The translations under genes were made by a program, and so were the position numbers. From Glaucostegus cemiculus (lineage: Eukaryota): a stretch of 64,000 bases of DNA. This document shows, in pieces, positions 62,484 through 64,000 of this stretch (positions are counted from its first letter, which is position 1; the number at the start of each line of letters is the position of its first letter). The stretch is taken from contig CDPCPM010000050.1 in assembly GCA_976551045.1 (NCBI GenBank), forward strand, positions 18,042,001 through 18,106,000. Reading direction: 5' to 3'. The notes below the pieces were generated by a model. The model did no database searches. It was not told the origin of the DNA and saw nothing but the letters and a program-made list of their open reading frames with translations.

Positions 62484-62761
62484 ATCTTTATTAGCCACAT
62501 GTACGTTGAAACACATCTTTTTCATAGAATGTTCTGGTGGCAGCCCGCAAGTGTCACCTTGCTTCCGGTGCCAACATAGCATGCCCACAACTTCCTAACA
62601 CGTACATCTTTGGAATATGGGAGGAAACTGGAGCACCTGGAGGAAACCCATGCAGATATGAGGAGAACGTACAAACTCCTTACAGACTGTGGTTGGAATT
62701 GAACCCGGGTCGCTGGTGCTGTAATAGCGTTATGCTAACTGCTACTCTACTGTGCCTGCCC
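62484..62761 (-). mobile_element. Full-length V-SINE, alternative-tail subfamily
   Basis: Reverse B-box ggaattgaacc and V-domain; the tail on the minus strand ends gtacatgtggctaataaaga. Confidence 0.85.
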
Positions 62762-64000
62762 TCAGCTCTCTGCAATGGAAGACCAAGTTTTGCTCAGAGC
62801 AGAGGGCATCTTTCACTGAGTTCATAAGCTACCAGCAGCAGTTAATGTTTGTCTCAATGTGTCATGGGAGCAGCTTGTGGAGCATGGTCCTGTGTTAGGG
62901 AGGAGTGAAACCTGATCGGGATCTTTGCATTGCTTTCCAGACCTCCTTGATAACTGCACATGTCAAACTGAGATGGATGATGGCCTCACCTGGAGGGCAG
63001 TGTGGCACTGACACCCTGGTTGTATATGAAGATCTGATGGGAAGGGCCATTCACTCCACCAACCAGCCAAGCAAGGTTTCGGTGCTTGTCTGAAAGTTCA
63101 GACTTTGACAATCTGCTCAGGAACCCTTCCACAGTCCCACCATCTCCTTTTCCTGCCAACAACCACAGGTTGTCCTGTGGTCAGAGGTATATCTCTGCAT
63201 GGACTTGTCTATGACTGACGGCCATGGCTGTGCAGTCCAGCTGAAAAGGCCATTTTTTACAGTAATGTGGCCAGAACACTTCGCCGCACTGGGGACAGAG
63301 GGAACATCAGCATAGAGGGATGTTTCTTGTGAACCCAGGGTCTGCTATTAGCTTGATGCAGCCACACACCAAGATGGTCATAAGAATGAATGCCACATTG
63401 GGTGCATTATTTCTACTGCCCCCTGCACCTTCTAGACATTCCCAGGTCTGGTTTCTGTGGGGGAGGGAGAGCTGCAGCACGGGTGCAGGGTGTGACCCAC
63501 CCGTGTCTTGCACACCCACTCCATCCTCTCGCCCGAGGACAGGGTTCTCCCCTGCACCCGAGAGGGACTATCGCTCCCGAAACTTCAGTGTCTGCTTCAC
63601 CTTGGCTGTTTCCGGTCATGCCCTTGGTCCTCTGCGCCATATCCCCAGCAGCCTTGGGTGATTGTACTTCATGTAAAGGGGCAAGTCGTCACCTTTGCTC
63701 TGATCAACTCCGGTACTTGTGATCCAGTTTGAACTGGTCGCAGGTGCTCTTCAGTCTGAGGGCCAACAGTGGATACAAGCAGAAGACACTGAGCTCAGCA
63801 TTATTGCTCAACCCTAATTGCCTTTTAGCAATAGTGTTGAGCTGCCAGCTGGAACTGCTGTGTTCCCTGTGCTGAATGTACCTCCTCAGTGTTGTTTGGT
63901 CAGGAGACCCAGGAATTAGAACAGTAACAATGAAATTGCAGTGTTATATTTCCAACTTGGGCAATCTGCAGGGATTGAGAGTTGCTGCAAATTCAGCATT

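Noticed and set aside
60556-64000. CASTOR exons 8-9 (DECGIVAQ...FDHALV)
   Set aside because: No matching coding sequence found by eye; presumed beyond the window, so not evidence of pseudogenisation.
1-64000. CRISPR arrays, operons or other prokaryotic systems
   Set aside because: No repeat-spacer structure; the sequence is spliced, repeat-rich vertebrate DNA.

Overview
Eukaryotic vertebrate DNA. The repeat content (V-SINEs, CR1, Rex1-type and Penelope-like elements) points to a cartilaginous fish, probably a shark or ray (inference). Two host genes sit head-to-head about 22.8 kb apart. One is the first coding exon of PES1 (pescadillo; minus strand, MGGLEKKK). The other is exons 1-7 of a CASTOR-family arginine-sensor gene (plus strand, most likely CASTOR1; the last exons lie beyond the window). 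Between them is a complete, very young Gmr1-like Ty3/Gypsy LTR retrotransposon at 15532-22269. It has 825-bp LTRs differing at 2 positions by eye, a GTGG target-site duplication, a tRNA-Pro PBS and one intact Gag-PR-IN-RT-RH ORF, and it ends about 1.9 kb upstream of the CASTOR start codon. Both genes carry a long pyrimidine(C)-rich sense-strand tandem array just inside intron 1. The rest is intronic or intergenic DNA dense in decayed retroelements. I cannot demonstrate a wholly new system. The strongest leads are the intact Gmr1-like element, the CASTOR1/CASTOR2-intermediate arginine-pocket loop, an ATF4-type element next to the CASTOR start, the mirror-image intron-1 arrays, and decayed hammerhead motifs in Penelope-like termini. 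Repeat boundaries are approximate unless stated otherwise.
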